A stretch of DNA of 63,951 bases, filler included, from Octopus bimaculoides (lineage: Eukaryota), in NCBI RefSeq assembly GCF_001194135.2. It is 9 parts of 8 records of this genome, joined end to end, with 100 filler letters (N's around TTAATTAATTAA, not from the genome) between each part and the next. Parts side by side here need not be neighbours in the genome. Positions count along the whole stretch, not along the records: positions 34,514 to 44,546 come from NC_068981.1; positions 44,647 to 46,765 come from NC_068996.1; positions 46,866 to 49,456 come from NC_068984.1; positions 49,557 to 55,614 come from NC_069004.1; 5 more parts are not named here. One strand, 5' to 3'. Positions 41,415 to 55,614 of the stretch are shown here, one piece after another; the first letter of the stretch is position 1; every line of letters begins with the position of its first letter. The notes beneath the pieces were generated by a model. The model had not been told where the DNA came from. It worked only from the letters and a program-made list of their open reading frames with translations, and did no database searches. The position numbers were made by a program, and so were the translations under genes.

Positions 41415-43164
41415 TCGTATCACTACTGCATAAATCTCTCTGAGAGATTTAGAAAAGTATTATTTCTAAATCTGCTCAAAGTGTTCTCTTTCTCTTTAGA
41501 ATTTCAGCGTATGATTTGAAGGAGAGTTCGCAGCTAGATAGTGCTGGTAACGCTCCCGCCGATTACGCACCACTAACATTAAAAAAGAATAAGATGAAAG
41601 GGACACATTAGATAATGTCCACCTCTTTATCCGTAAAAAACGGGATGATAACGACTGGTATAGATTTGAACACAAGGTTTGCTTGTTTAAGGCTGGCCTG
41701 CGGTAAACAACAAAAACAACCAACTACATTATGTATCATAGGGCTGACATGGGGCCAAGCAACAATAACATGAACAGCAACAACAAAAATAACAACAACA
41801 ACAATAATAATAATAATAGTCATAATAATAACAAAAATAATTAATAATAATAATAATGATAATAATACTAACAGTCTTTCTAATTGTGTTTCTGTCTCTT
41901 TTTAGAATGATATTTCTGCAATTTACATTGTAACCTGAATCTTGTGAGAACCAGATGTTAATTAGCCGAAATGTCATTTAGAAATGAGAGAAACTAGAAT
42001 CTGTACGAGCTAACGAGAAAAGCCTCAAAGTGGATGCTCCATTTGCAAGAAATAGCTGCTAAATTACCTGCAAACCACACCCAATCGTGTCATGGGAAGA
42101 AACGGGAAGTTAATGTTGTCTTGTCTACATTAAGCCTCTAAAAAATGATGAGACGCTCATGGCTGGATGGTCTTTGATTAAAAATTGATCTACTTAATTA
42201 AGCAAGAACGAGAACCTAAAAAATATCATCGCAGAGTTTTTGTTTTTTTATTTCTCATTTGAAGCTTGATGTATATATGTATGTATATGTATATATATGT
42301 GTGTGTAGGTATATATAGTTGGCTGCGTCTCGTGTTTCCGAGCTTGCAATCCAGTTCATTTTCCTGGGTGTTTGAACCGCAGATGGCTCCGCAATCCAAG
42401 GGTTGCATGAAACATACGGGGATATTGTGGACAAGGATAGAAGGGGTTGGTTTGGGAAGGAGAAGGCGCTGCTTTCTCTCCCGTCTCTTGAGCTTAGCTC
42501 TTGCGACTCGGGCTTTCTCGAAGTCCGCTGAACCCGTTTTGATGGTAGGTTTATACCCGTATATGTTTATATATGTGTGTGTAGCTATAGAGTGTGTATG
42601 TGTGCGTGTGTGTGTATGTGCATGTGTGTGTGTGTATGTGCATGTGTGTGTGTATATTTGTGCGCGCACGTGTGTGTATTTTCAAACATCCTATTTACGA
42701 ATATTCAAAAAAAATTTAATAAAATTGCTATATTTAATGAATTGCTATATATGAAAATATGTGTGTGTGTGTGGCGTGGTGGTGATGTTGGTGGTGGTGT
42801 TGGTGGTGTTGGTGGTGGTGATGGTTGTATGTGTGTGTGTGTTTGTGATTTTGTGAGTGTTTTCAAACATCTTGATTATACGAATATTAAAACGTATCTT
42901 TGTAAATGAATAAAAAAAACTTGCTTTGAATTGTTTTGAAGAAGAAGAAGAAGAAGAAGAAGAAGAAGAAGAAGAAGAAGAAGAAGAAGAAGAAGAAGAA
43001 GAAGAAGAAGAAGAAGAAGAAAAATGAAGTAGACTGACATCAAATTTTGAACCCGTTGAAGGTACACGAGATACCGAAATATCGTTCAGCAAATTTAATT
43101 ATGGCACTCTTCTTCTTTATATACATATTCCTTCCAGAGGAGTCATAACAGTCCTAATATTATC

Positions 43165-43245
<81 letters not shown>

Positions 43246-43559
43246 AATATGGTTATTCAAAACCTATATTTTACAAATAAACATAGAATAGATATCAGCT
43301 TATTGTACTAAAACATGTAATATCTAGTAATTCTTTTTTTTAAATAGTATGTAAATGTTTATCAGATATTATATCCTAATAAGCTTCTCTGTACAGTGTC
43401 AAGTGTTTCAAACAGTGATATCTACTTGATATCGCTCTTTGATCCTGATTTATACTCGATCCGTCTATTTGTGCACATCTCGAAAAACTTCAACTTTATT
43501 TATGCATACGTGAGTGACTGGAGCGACCAAAATAGTTCATCCGTATTCTTTGCTCAGTA

Positions 43560-43925
43560 ATCTTGGGATTGTCGTGAAGATAGATTTCTTAGGCACCTCG
43601 CCTATAATGTCCTTCCAGAAGCAACCGTCATAATTGTTTCCGGCTGGATTCCAAAGCATGGCCAGCTGAAACTATGGATATTATCCAACCATTTTGTTCT
43701 TGGTCTACGTCTAGGGCTCCTGTCAATTGGCTCAGCTTGAAGAATCCGTCTTACGAATCTTTCTTGAGATATTCTTAGTACCGGAGCTGTGATCTCACAA
43801 TGCGGAGTAGTGACTCGACCTGAAGAAGTTCTTTGATCTCTGAGGTATGCACCCTGTTGATTAATGTTACGCCAGAGACCTTTCGGAGAAACACCGTTTC
43901 GTCCTCTAACTTTCGCGATTGTACG
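43560..43925 (-). mobile_element. 5'-truncated RTE LINE 3' end (second RTE family)
   Basis: ETVFLRKVSGVTLINRVHTSEIKELLQVESLLRIVRSQLRY and PRRRPRTKWLDNIHSFSWPCFGIQPE match the RTE ORF C-terminus. Confidence 0.85.
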
Positions 43926-43971
43926 ATTGTACAAAATCGTGGGAATGATTTTCCAGTTTTACGGACATAAC

Positions 43972-44218
43972 CAAAGTTAGTCAGATTATTAAAGCATAGA
44001 AACTCATCAGAAAAGATGGTTGATTCAGATCTATTGTTATCAACACCCACAATTTCTAACATCCCTGCAGTACAATTCTGGACGTATTGAAGTCTTCCGT
44101 TTTCGCCAGTGTTATTGTAATGTCCTGTGACATAATTTATAACCTCTCTGTCGACGTGATTTTTACATTTAAACCTAAAGTTTTTGTCAATCTGGATCTC
44201 AAGCCTGGACCATCGAGT
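43972..44218 (-). CDS. Candidate coding exon of an extracellular glycoprotein (82 aa, four N-glycosylation sequons)
   Basis: TRWSRLEIQIDKNFRFKCKNHVDREVINYVTGHYNNTGENGRLQYVQNCTAGMLEIVGVDNNRSESTIFSDEFLCFNNLTNF. Acceptor TTCTGCAAG|, donor G|GTTATG (phase 1). Confidence 0.45.
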
Positions 44219-44478
44219 CTTGCAGAATTTTTGAAGAATAAATTATCACAAAAGTATTCATACCACTGAATTGGTGCATCAGTACTTATACCATTTAGTG
44301 ACAGAATAGATTAACTGGGATTTCACATACAAAGCTTAATACAGTTTGAAATACGACAGCGTCAATATAGTTTTATCAAGAAATGTGTTACTTTGCATAG
44401 AAACTGACTTTTTGCATTTCAATATCTCCAAAAACAACATGAAAGATAATTTTGAGATTGTAACAACAACATGTTAAG

Positions 44479-44546
<68 letters not shown>

Positions 44547-44712
44547 NNNNNNNNNNNNNNNNNNNNNNNNNNNNNNNNNNNNNNNNNNNNTTAATTAATT
44601 AANNNNNNNNNNNNNNNNNNNNNNNNNNNNNNNNNNNNNNNNNNNNAGGGGGAGAGGAGAAATTCATTGCATGCCCAACTCCGGAAGTCACCGCACGCCA
44701 CTGATATATATG

Positions 44713-44743
<31 letters not shown>

Positions 44744-45127
44744 GGTATGTATGTTTGGACATGTATTTCACGACTCAAGCTGTTATATCAGGAGTCACAC
44801 ATTTACAATATTTTCTCATCAGTCATTAATTTATATCAAGAAACCATTATAATATATTACAATATAACATACATAAACAAAAAAACATTAGTTGATCGCA
44901 CAAACGCCGTATGTAGAATTCTATAAAAATTAATGGAAGATTAGGTATAGAAGATTTATTTACAGCAAAATAGAAACCAAAATAAAAATCAACACACAAA
45001 TACAGTATACATGGAATACATTATGAAAGTGGCTTGGATTTAACAAACAATATTAAGATCTGACAATGATGATTTTTATCAATTGTAACATTATTTCCAT
45101 TATCTTTACAGTCTAAAAGAAAAATGT

Positions 45128-45164
<37 letters not shown>

Positions 45165-45367
45165 TGCCGTTATATTCAACAATTCATTCTGATGATGAAG
45201 TGAAGGAGGTCACAAAATGTAAAGGGACATAAGGATACACAAAAGACTAATAAGGAAACATGAAAAAAAAAAAATATTGTTAGAAAAGATTAAACTTGAG
45301 CATAGTCATGTCTTCAATATAATATGTATGAAAGAAAAGTTTTTCCTGATATACATACATATATATA

Positions 45368-45652
45368 TCTTTTATCTTTTACTTGTTTCAATCATGTCAT
45401 TAGACTGTGGCCAGGTGGGAGCACTGCCTTGAAAAATTTTAGTCAAATTAATCAACCCCAATACTTGTTTTTTTTTAAAACTTGGTACTTATTTTATTGG
45501 TTTCTTTTTTTATTTAAAAAAAAATTTTTCATTGCCCACAGGGAGCTAAACATAGAGGGGATAAACAAAAGGTTTAAGCTGATTACATTGACCCCAGTTC
45601 GTAACTGGTACTTGTGAGTGGATTTAGATGGAAAACTGAAAGAAACCCATTG

Positions 45653-45683
<31 letters not shown>

Positions 45684-45865
45684 ATGTTTGTGTGTCTGTG
45701 TTTGTTCCCCCCTCCCATCGCTTGACAACCGATGCTGGTGTGTTTACATCCCTGTAAATTAGTGGTTTGGCAAATGAGACCGATAAAGAATAAGTCCTGG
45801 GGTTGATTTGTTCAACTAAAGGTAGTGCTCCAGCATGGCCACAGTCAAATGACTGAAACGAATGA
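45368..45865. mobile_element. Back-to-back SINE family B pieces (minus-strand tail 45368-45500; plus-strand body and tail 45620-45865)
   Basis: Matches to the family B body and tail motifs. Confidence 0.8.
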
Positions 45866-46865
45866 ATGACCACAACTCAACATACTCTAACACACATATG
45901 TATAAACACACATACATACATAAGCGCGTACATGCACACACCTACACACACAAACGCAATCCGCCCATTCCCCAGTAAAAAATCACACACATATACACAC
46001 AATACAATCCCAACAAACACAGACATACACACAAGTCCCCAACAAACACACCCACATGTATACACGCACACACTGCACTAACAATACAAAAAAACAAAAC
46101 AAAATCATTCACAAATGCAGCACACACACACCTGGAAAACTACATAAATCATACCCACGTATACACACACACACAAACGCATACTCAGTACCAACTACCA
46201 ACATGCACAGAACATACCTGCACATACATATACACCACCCGGATAAACCCAACACACATGGACACACACAGAACCCCTGATAAATACAACACACACACAT
46301 ACGCACCACCATCAGGACAATTATAACAACACATACATACTCAGACAGACACACACACTCGCATAACATCCCCACCAATGCAAAACACAGAAACATACAC
46401 ATACACACACACAAAGAAACACATCCATGCACACACAAATGTGCACATACCATCCTACCAAATATAAAACACAAGCACATGTATATTATACACACACATA
46501 AGACGTCCACAGAGGCACACACACACCATTCTGACCTCTAAGACCAGTCCCAAAAACCACTGAACCATGACAGACCAGCCCAGAAACAAAAAAAATCCCT
46601 TTGATTCCACATTGCTCTTCTTCCCACACTGTCCCTTAAAATAGCAAGCATTCCTTAGCTACAAACAAGACAAAATGCCAGAAAGACAGGTCAGTTATTC
46701 CTCTACAATTTTTTGTAAATTCTTAAATATATCTCCTTCTGTGTGTGTATATATGTATATATATANNNNNNNNNNNNNNNNNNNNNNNNNNNNNNNNNNN
46801 NNNNNNNNNTTAATTAATTAANNNNNNNNNNNNNNNNNNNNNNNNNNNNNNNNNNNNNNNNNNNN

Positions 46866-46901
<36 letters not shown>

Positions 46902-47017
46902 CGTGTGCGTGTGTGTGTGTGTGTTTGTGTATGTGTGTGAGTGTATGCATGTGTGTATGTGTGTGAGTATATATATATATATATATAAAATTATATATAT
47001 TTATATATATGTATACT

Positions 47018-47054
<37 letters not shown>

Positions 47055-47876
47055 GCAAATATACATATGCGTATATATAGGTACACTTACATGCGCATCA
47101 TAATGTAGATATAATGCGTATATATGCTCAGATAGATATGCATATCTACTAATTTACTATTCGGAACTCAAGTGGTTACAGGGCAAAACGCTGCACCCAT
47201 CAAACTTAGTAGTCACATCCAATTTTGCGCATCAAAGGCTGCTGTGCCGTTAGATATACAATATTGGCATACATACATAGGTTCATAGATGCATACATAC
47301 ATACATACATGCATACATACATACATACATACATAGGTTCATAGATACATACATTTACATACATATTTACACACATACATCCTTGCATGTATGTATTTAA
47401 ACATTTATTGTATTTACACATACATAAATGCATCGATAGATGGAAACATACATAGATATATTGAAACATATACATACATATGTGTATATATATATATCTA
47501 TATCTATCTATTTATTTTTCTCTCTCTATACATATATATATGTATGTATCCAATCTTATACGCATCAAATTTTCTTTAGCTATCGTGTGTTTATTAGATA
47601 TCGATGTAAAGTCGATATGTTTACTCAATATACAGCCTTCTGCCATAAATGCAAATTGTGGTGTGTATATGAAAGAATTCAACCAGAGAGGATTATAATT
47701 ATCTTTTATCGCTTGAATTCATTTCAATCGTTGAGATTCAATCATTTAAAATGGCGTTTTAGGAAAATATTTGCTCTTCCCGGACTACAAAACTACTAAA
47801 TGTATATAGGAACCCCAAGCTCTAAACCAGCCCAGAATACACTGACACGTACGCATACATGTTAATTCTATAAATG

Positions 47877-47909
<33 letters not shown>

Positions 47910-47967
47910 ATATATAGATATAGATAATCTCATCATATATCTTTTTTATTTATTTATTTATTTAGAA

Positions 47968-48740
47968 ACATCCTTTTACTTGTTTCAGTCATTAAATTGC
48001 GGCCATGTTAGGTATCGCTTTGGTGAATTTTAGTCGAACAAATAAACCTTACTACTTACGTTTTTCAAGCCTGGTACTTACTCTATCGGTCTCTATTGTC
48101 GAACAACTAAGCTATGGTAACGTAGACACACTAACACAAGTCGCCAAACGATGATGGGGGAGAGAAACACACACACGCACACTTACACATATACGACAGG
48201 CTTCTTTCACTTTTCGTCTACCAAATCCACTTGATAAAGCCCAGGGTTGTAGCAGAAGACACTTGCCCAAGGTGACATGCCGTGGAGCTGAACCCAGAAA
48301 CATGTAGTTGGGAAGTAAATTTCTTACATCTTGTATTTTTTAATCTTTTATTTGTTTTAGTCATAGGATTGCAGCCATGCTGGAGCATCGCCTCGAAGGG
48401 TTTCGTCGACCAAATCAACCCCAGTACTTATTTTTCAAGCCTAATACTTATTCTAACGGTCTATTTTCGCCGAACCACCCAATTATTAGGACATAAACAA
48501 ATCAACACCGTTTTAAAGCGGTGGTAGGCGACAGACACATATACACTGATACGCACTCACACATTTATAAAACACCCCCCACACACACACTCACAAACAC
48601 ACTTCTTTCAGTTTCCCTCCACGAAATCCACCCATAAGGCTTTGATCGACCCAGAGCTAAAGTAGAAGACACTTGCCCAAGATACTTCGCTGTAGGACTG
48701 ATCCCGGATGCATGTGCTTGGGAAGCAAACTACAGCCACA
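47968..48740 (-). mobile_element. Two tandem full-length SINE family B copies
   Basis: Each runs CTTTTACTTGTTTCAGTC..GCCATG..TACTTA..CACACAC..CTTCTTTCA.TTT.CGTCTACCAAATCCAC..GAAGACACTTGCCCAAG (about 47968-48330 and 48335-48740). Confidence 0.88.
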
Positions 48741-48794
48741 TATATACATACTTACATACATACATACATACATACATACATGCATACAAAGTTA

Positions 48795-48960
48795 ACCCCG
48801 AGGGCAAAAAACTAAGAACCCACAGTTAGATGGAAGCTATAGTAACACATAATAAAAAGGAGTACTGGTGGAATGTCCCAGTGAAAACCTCAATAAAATC
48901 AAACACAACAGACACAACATAATGATTTGGGACAGAGACGAGAAACTGTGTATTAAACGG
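48795..48960 (+). mobile_element. R4/Dong-like endonuclease-domain fragment
   Basis: EAIVTHNKKEYWWNVPVKT..KHNRHNIMIWDRDEKLC resembles the HNRPD(I)IWD region of RLE endonucleases. Confidence 0.6.
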
Positions 48961-49263
48961 CACAGTTATGCTTCAGAATACGTAAACATATTTTATTAGC
49001 TACACCACGCAGTGCGCTATTCCAAAAAAGACTAGTATTTCAAAGTAATATATAAATACAGATCTTGAGAGAATAGTCAATTGGGAAAAACTTGCGTATT
49101 GCAGAAGTACAATTCCATCTTTGCTGTGTTGCAAGGCTGAGTTAGACACATGGAAATAAATTTATTTGAATAGCTGAAGAGCAATCAATAGGACTGATGA
49201 AGAGATTTTAAACCAGCAGCAAGGCTACATATCCACGGTTGTGGATCTCTCTCTCTCTCTCAG

Positions 49264-49363
<100 letters not shown>

Positions 49364-49556
49364 CGTACACACACATAGATACACGTGTGTACGTACTTAC
49401 ATAATAATTTGTCAACGAATCTCTCACTGCACCCATGCACGCATGCATCCATCTATNNNNNNNNNNNNNNNNNNNNNNNNNNNNNNNNNNNNNNNNNNNN
49501 TTAATTAATTAANNNNNNNNNNNNNNNNNNNNNNNNNNNNNNNNNNNNNNNNNNNN

Positions 49557-49590
<34 letters not shown>

Positions 49591-49964
49591 ATATCCATGT
49601 ATGTTGAAAATCAAATCAATATTTTGATTATTTATATCAATTTATTTTCTATATAATAAGACAAATCTTTTTATAGATTGATTTCATTTGTTTTCAGCGA
49701 CAAATTTTCACGATTCTGTTTATACATACGAGATTACTGCCTCTAAAATTGGAATAAAACCAATTTTCTTTGAACTGGGTGTCCCCTGGAGACATTAATC
49801 ACACCGATCATATGTTAATCTATATCGATTGATCGTTATTACGTTGTTGTTAGTGAAACGCCCTCTCAACTCCTACGCACACACACACACACACACTTAC
49901 ACTTACACACATACACTTACACACATACATTTACACACACACATCAATATGTTTATATAAGCAT

Positions 49965-51300
49965 GGCGTGGCTGTGTGGTATGAAGTTTGCTTCCCAACC
50001 ACATAGTTCCGGGTTCAGTCCAGCACCGTGGAAACTTGAGCAAGTGTCTTCCGTTATAGATTCACGCCGACCAAAGCCTTGTGAGTAGATTTGGTAGACG
50101 GAAATTAAAAGAAGCCCGTTTATATATATATATATATATATNNNNNNNNNNNNNNNNNNNNNNNNNNNNNNNNNNNNNNNNNNNNNNNNNNNNNNNNNNN
50201 NNNNNNNNNNNNNNNNNNNNNNNNNNNNNNNNNNNNNNNNNNNNNNNNNNNNNNNNNNNNNNNNNNNNNNNNNNNNNNNNNNNNNNNNNNNNNNNNNNNN
50301 NNNNNNNNNNNNNNNNNNNNNNNNNNNNNNNNNNNNNNNNNNNNNNNNNNNNNNNNNNNNNNNNNNNNNNNNNNNNNNNNNNNNNNNNNNNNNNNNNNNN
50401 NNNNNNNNNNNNNNNNNNNNNNNNNNNNNNNNNNNNNNNNNNNNNNNNNNNNNNNNNNNNNNNNNNNNNNNNNNNNNNNNNNNNNNNNNNNNNNNNNNNN
50501 NNNNNNNNNNNNNNNNNNNNNNNNNNNNNNNNNNNNNNNNNNNNNNNNNNNNNNNNNNNNNNNNNNNNNNNNNNNNNNNNNNNNNNNNNNNNNNNNNNNN
50601 NNNNNNNNNNNNNNNNNNNNNNNNNNNNNNNNNNNNNNNNNNNNNNNNNNNNNNNNNNNNNNNNNNNNNNNNNNNNNNNNNNNNNNNNNNNNNNNNNNNN
50701 NNNNNNNNNNNNNNNNNNNNNNNNNNNNNNNNNNNNNNNNNNNNNNNNNNNNNNNNNNNNNNNNNNNNNNNNNNNNNNNNNNNNNNNNNNNNNNNNNNNN
50801 NNNNNNNNNNNNNNNNNNNNNNNNNNNNNNNNNNNNNNNNNNNNNNNNNNNNNNNNNNNNNNNNNNNNNNNNNNNNNNNNNNNNNNNNNNNNNNNNNNNN
50901 NNNNNNNNNNNNNNNNNNNNNNNNNNNNNNNNNNNNNNNNNNNNNNNNNNNNNNNNNNNNNNNNNNNNNNNNNNNNNNNNNNNNNNNNNNNNNNNNNNNN
51001 NNNNNNNNNNNNNNNNNNNNNNNNNNNNNNNNNNNNNNNNNNNNNNNNNNNNNNNNNNNNNNNNNNNNNNNNNNNNNNNNNNNNNNNNNNNNACACACAC
51101 ACACACAAACATATACACGCACACATACATATATACATATGCATATATACGACGGGCTTCTTTCAGCTTCCGTCTACCAAATCCACTCACAAGGCTTTGG
51201 TCGGCCCGAGGCTATAGTAGAAGACACTTGCTCATGGTGCCACGCAGTTGGAATGAACCCGGAACCATGTGGTTCATAAGCAAGCCACTTACCACACAGC
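49965..51300. mobile_element. Two SINE family B heads facing each other across a gap (plus 49965-50141, minus 51093-51300)
   Basis: GGCGTGGCTGTGTGGTATGAAGTTTGCTTCCCAACCAC.. on plus, and its reverse complement CCACTTACCACACAGCCACTC on the other side. Confidence 0.85.
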
Positions 51301-51352
51301 CACTCATACGCATATATATATATATATTATCTATATAGTATATGTATGTATG

Positions 51353-51383
<31 letters not shown>

Positions 51384-51999
51384 TTGTGCTAATGCAAATG
51401 CGAGTGTATATATGCGCATATGCATATGGCAAAGTGTATACGTATATGTGTTTATTCATGTGTTGCGATATATATGTACAATGGTATATATTATTTTCTG
51501 TGTATATATATATGTATGTATGTATATATATATATGTGCGTGTGCGTGTGTCTGTGCACGTGCGTGTATATATATGCATTTGTACATATATATATATGTA
51601 TGTTCTTGTGCATGCATGCGTGTGTGTGTATATATATGTGTGTGTGTGTATGCGCGTGTATATGTGTATCTGTTTGTGTGTCCATAAGTGTGTGTGTATA
51701 TGTGCGTGTATGTATACATGTGTGTGTGTGTGTGCGCATCTGTGTGGGTAAGTGTATGTGTGCGTGTATGTGTGTATGTATGTATGTGCATGTGCGCTGA
51801 TGTGCGTGTTTGTGTGTGTGTGTGCGCGTGGTTAACGGAAACCAAATCCACGCTTCGTATTCTTCAGCCAAACAATTCTTCTCTCGCCAACAATTCAATG
51901 GTCAAGCGGTCAGCCGATCCGTTTGATATTGTTCCCCCCACTCCCTGCACCCAAACACCCAACACCTTATAGCCCTTTTTTTTTCAGTGTTCTGCTCTG

Positions 52000-54465
52000 T
52001 ATATATATACACCCACCCCTTCCTTCTCACCCGACCCCACCACTTCCCACTCTCCTAACCCCTCCTCCTCTTCCTCTTTCCACCTTAATCTTCTATTTTC
52101 ATCCTCTTCTATTTTCCTCCTCTTCTATTTTTCCTCCTCTTCCTCTTCCCCTTCCTCTTCCTTTCTCTGCCTTACTCTTCCTCTTCTATTTTTCCTCTCC
52201 TTCATCTTCCTCTCTACGCCTCACTCTTCCTCTTCCATATTTCCTCCCCTTTCTCTCCTTCCTCTTCCTCTCCTTCCTCTTCCTCTCCTCTCCTCTTCCT
52301 CTCTACGCCTCACTCTTCCTCTTCCATATTTCCTCCCCTTTCTCTTCTTCCTCTTCCAGCCCCTTCTTCCCTTTCCACTTCCTCTTCCCGCCTTATCCTT
52401 CCTCTTCTTCTATTCCCTCCTCCTCGTCCTCTCCTCCTCTCCTGCCTTCCTGNNNNNNNNNNNNNNNNNNNNNNNNNNNNNNNNNNNNNNNNNNNNNNNN
52501 NNNNNNNNNNNNNNNNNNNNNNNNNNNNNNNNNNNNNNNNNNNNNNNNNNNNNNNNNNNNNNNNNNNNNNNNNNNNNNNNNNNNNNNNNNNNNNNNNNNN
52601 NNNNNNNNNNNNNNNNNNNNNNNNNNNNNNNNNNNNNNNNNNNNNNNNNNNNNNNNNNNNNNNNNNNNNNNNNNNNNNNNNNNNNNNNNNNNNNNNNNNN
52701 NNNNNNNNNNNNNNNNNNNNNNNNNNNNNNNNNNNNNNNNNNNNNNNNNNNNNNNNNNNNNNNNNNNNNNNNNNNNNNNNNNNNNNNNNNNNNNNNNNNN
52801 NNNNNNNNNNNNNNNNNNNNNNNNNNNNNNNNNNNNNNNNNNNNNNNNNNNNNNNNNNNNNNNNNNNNNNNNNNNNNNNNNNNNNNNNNNNNNNNNNNNN
52901 NNNNNNNNNNNNNNNNNNNNNNNNNNNNNNNNNNNNNNNNNNNNNNNNNNNNNNNNNNNNNNNNNNNNNNNNNNNNNNNNNNNNNNNNNNNCACCCTCCC
53001 CGTCGCTTCTCTTAAGTGATATATATGTTTTTCTCTTGACATGTCTTTTTTTCCCCATCCGCCACGCCTCTCTCGCACTCCTTTCCCGCCGTCCACACCA
53101 ACGTCATCGTTTGCCATCGTCGTCGTCGTCGTCGTCGATACAGTCACCGTTATCAGCATTAACACCACCACCATCTTCATCAACATCATCATCGTCGACG
53201 TCGTCATTCTCCTCGTCATCATCATAATCATCGTCATTGTCGTCGTCATCATCCTCCTCCTCCTCCTCCTCCTCCTCCTCATCCTCATCACCATCATCAC
53301 TATCATCACCATCATCATCATCATCGCCATTATCATCATCATCATCATCGTCATCATCATCATTGCCATCATCATCATCATCCTCATCCTCATCATCATC
53401 CTCATCATCATCATCGCCATCATCGTCATCATCGCCATTATCATCATCATCATCATCGTCATCATCATCATTGCCATCATCATCATCATCCTNNNNNNNN
53501 NNNNNNNNNNNNNNNNNNNNNNNNNNNNNNNNNNNNNNNNNNNNNNNNNNNNNNNNNNNNNNNNNNNNNNNNNNNNNNNNNNNNNNNNNNNNNNNNNNNN
53601 NNNNNNNNNNNNNNNNNNNNNNNNNNNNNNNNNNNNNNNNNNNNNNNNNNNNNNNNNNNNNNNNNNNNNNNNNNNNNNNNNNNNNNNNNNNNNNNNNNNN
53701 NNNNNNNNNNNNNNNNNNNNNNNNNNNNNNNNNNNNNNNNNNNNNNNNNNNNNNNNNNNNNNNNNNNNNNNNNNNNNNNNNNNNNNNNNNNNNNNNNNNN
53801 NNNNNNNNNNNNNNNNNNNNNNNNNNNNNNNNNNNNNNNNNNNNNNNNNNNNNNNNNNNNNNNNNNNNNNNNNNNNNNNNNNNNNNNNNNNNNNNNNNNN
53901 NNNNNNNNNNNNNNNNNNNNNNNNNNNNNNNNNNNNNNNNNNNNNNNNNNNNNNNNNNNNNNNNNNNNNNNNNNNNNNNNNNNNNNNNNNNNNNNNNNNN
54001 NNNNNNNNNNNNNNNNNNNNNNNNNNNNNNNNNNNNNNNNNNNNNNNNNNNNNNNNNNNNNNNNNNNNNNNNNNNNNNNNNNNNNNNNNNNNNNNNNNNN
54101 NNNNNNNNNNNNNNNNNNNNNNNNNNNNNNNNNNNNNNNNNNNNNNNNNNNNNNNNNNNNNNNNNNNNNNNNNNNNNNNNNNNTCATCATTATCATCATC
54201 CTCATCCTCCTCCTCATCATCATCCTCATCCTCATCATCATCATCATCATCATCATCGCCATCATCGTCATCATCATCATCGCCATCATCATCATCATCA
54301 TTCTCATCCTCATCCTCATCCTCCTCCTCCTCATCATCATCATCACCATCATCGTCATCATCATCATCGCCACCATCATCATCATCATTCTCATCCTCCT
54401 CCTCCTCCTCCTCCTCATCATCATCATCATCATCACCATCACCATCATCGTCATCATCGTCATCG

Positions 54466-54497
<32 letters not shown>

Positions 54498-54510
54498 GCC
54501 ATCTTCGTCG

Positions 54511-54542
<32 letters not shown>

Positions 54543-54545
54543 GTC
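52000..54545. repeat. Polypyrimidine (CCT/CTT) and (CAT)n low-complexity arrays with gaps
   Basis: Direct inspection. Confidence 0.9.
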
Positions 54546-54742
54546 TTCAATACAACGCGCCTTAACCGTCGTCGCACCGTTCGTCTTTCACTGCTCCTGT
54601 TCACGTTAACTGTCGCAGCAGCGAACCTCGCTTTCCCCATCGTTACTCCGGCTCTCCGCTTCCACCTCCACCTCCTCCTTCCCCTCCGCTAATCACATCA
54701 TCATTCTCTACGCACCAGAAGCCGTCTTACCTCTCACCCCAA

Positions 54743-54790
<48 letters not shown>

Positions 54791-54992
54791 GTATTTATTC
54801 TCCCACCTCCCCCTCCCCTTCACTTCTATGTCTGTAATTATGTGTAATATATGTCCCGTCTATACATATTTATGTGGACATCTGTGTATGAGTGTGAGCG
54901 GGTGTTTGCTATATGTGTGTGTGTGTGCGTGTGTGTGTGTATCTGTGTGTGTATCTGTGTGTGTGCACGTACAGGTGGTCGTACACACACTC

Positions 54993-55025
<33 letters not shown>

Positions 55026-55089
55026 GACACACACACACACACACACACACTCACGCACACACATATACATACATACATATATATATATA

Positions 55090-55151
<62 letters not shown>

Positions 55152-55284
55152 GATATGTTCCTGTCTCTCCAGCTTACTTATATGCATTTAGCGCATGAAA
55201 GAATAAAAGAATAAGAGTCTATCAATCTATCCATCTGGCTATCTCTCTGCATGAATGTATGTAATAATGTGTGTGTAAGATGAA

Positions 55285-55407
<123 letters not shown>

Positions 55408-55537
55408 CACACACATAACACCCTGATATATATATGTGTGTGTATATATGTATGTGTATGTGTGTGCGCTTCATCTTACACATGCACACACATTTGTATA
55501 TCTATCTACCTTTCTGTCTAGCCATGTCTCTCTCCCG

Positions 55538-55614
<77 letters not shown>

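Noticed and set aside
41500-41611. Apparent terminal exon (ISAYDLKESSQLDSAGNAPADYAPLTLKKNKMKGTH*), phase-compatible with the 39507 exon
   Set aside because: The acceptor and first ~60 nt (GTATGATTTGAAGGAGAG..GCTA) match dispersed repeat family D, and the end overlaps a reversed copy of it, so it is probably repeat-derived.
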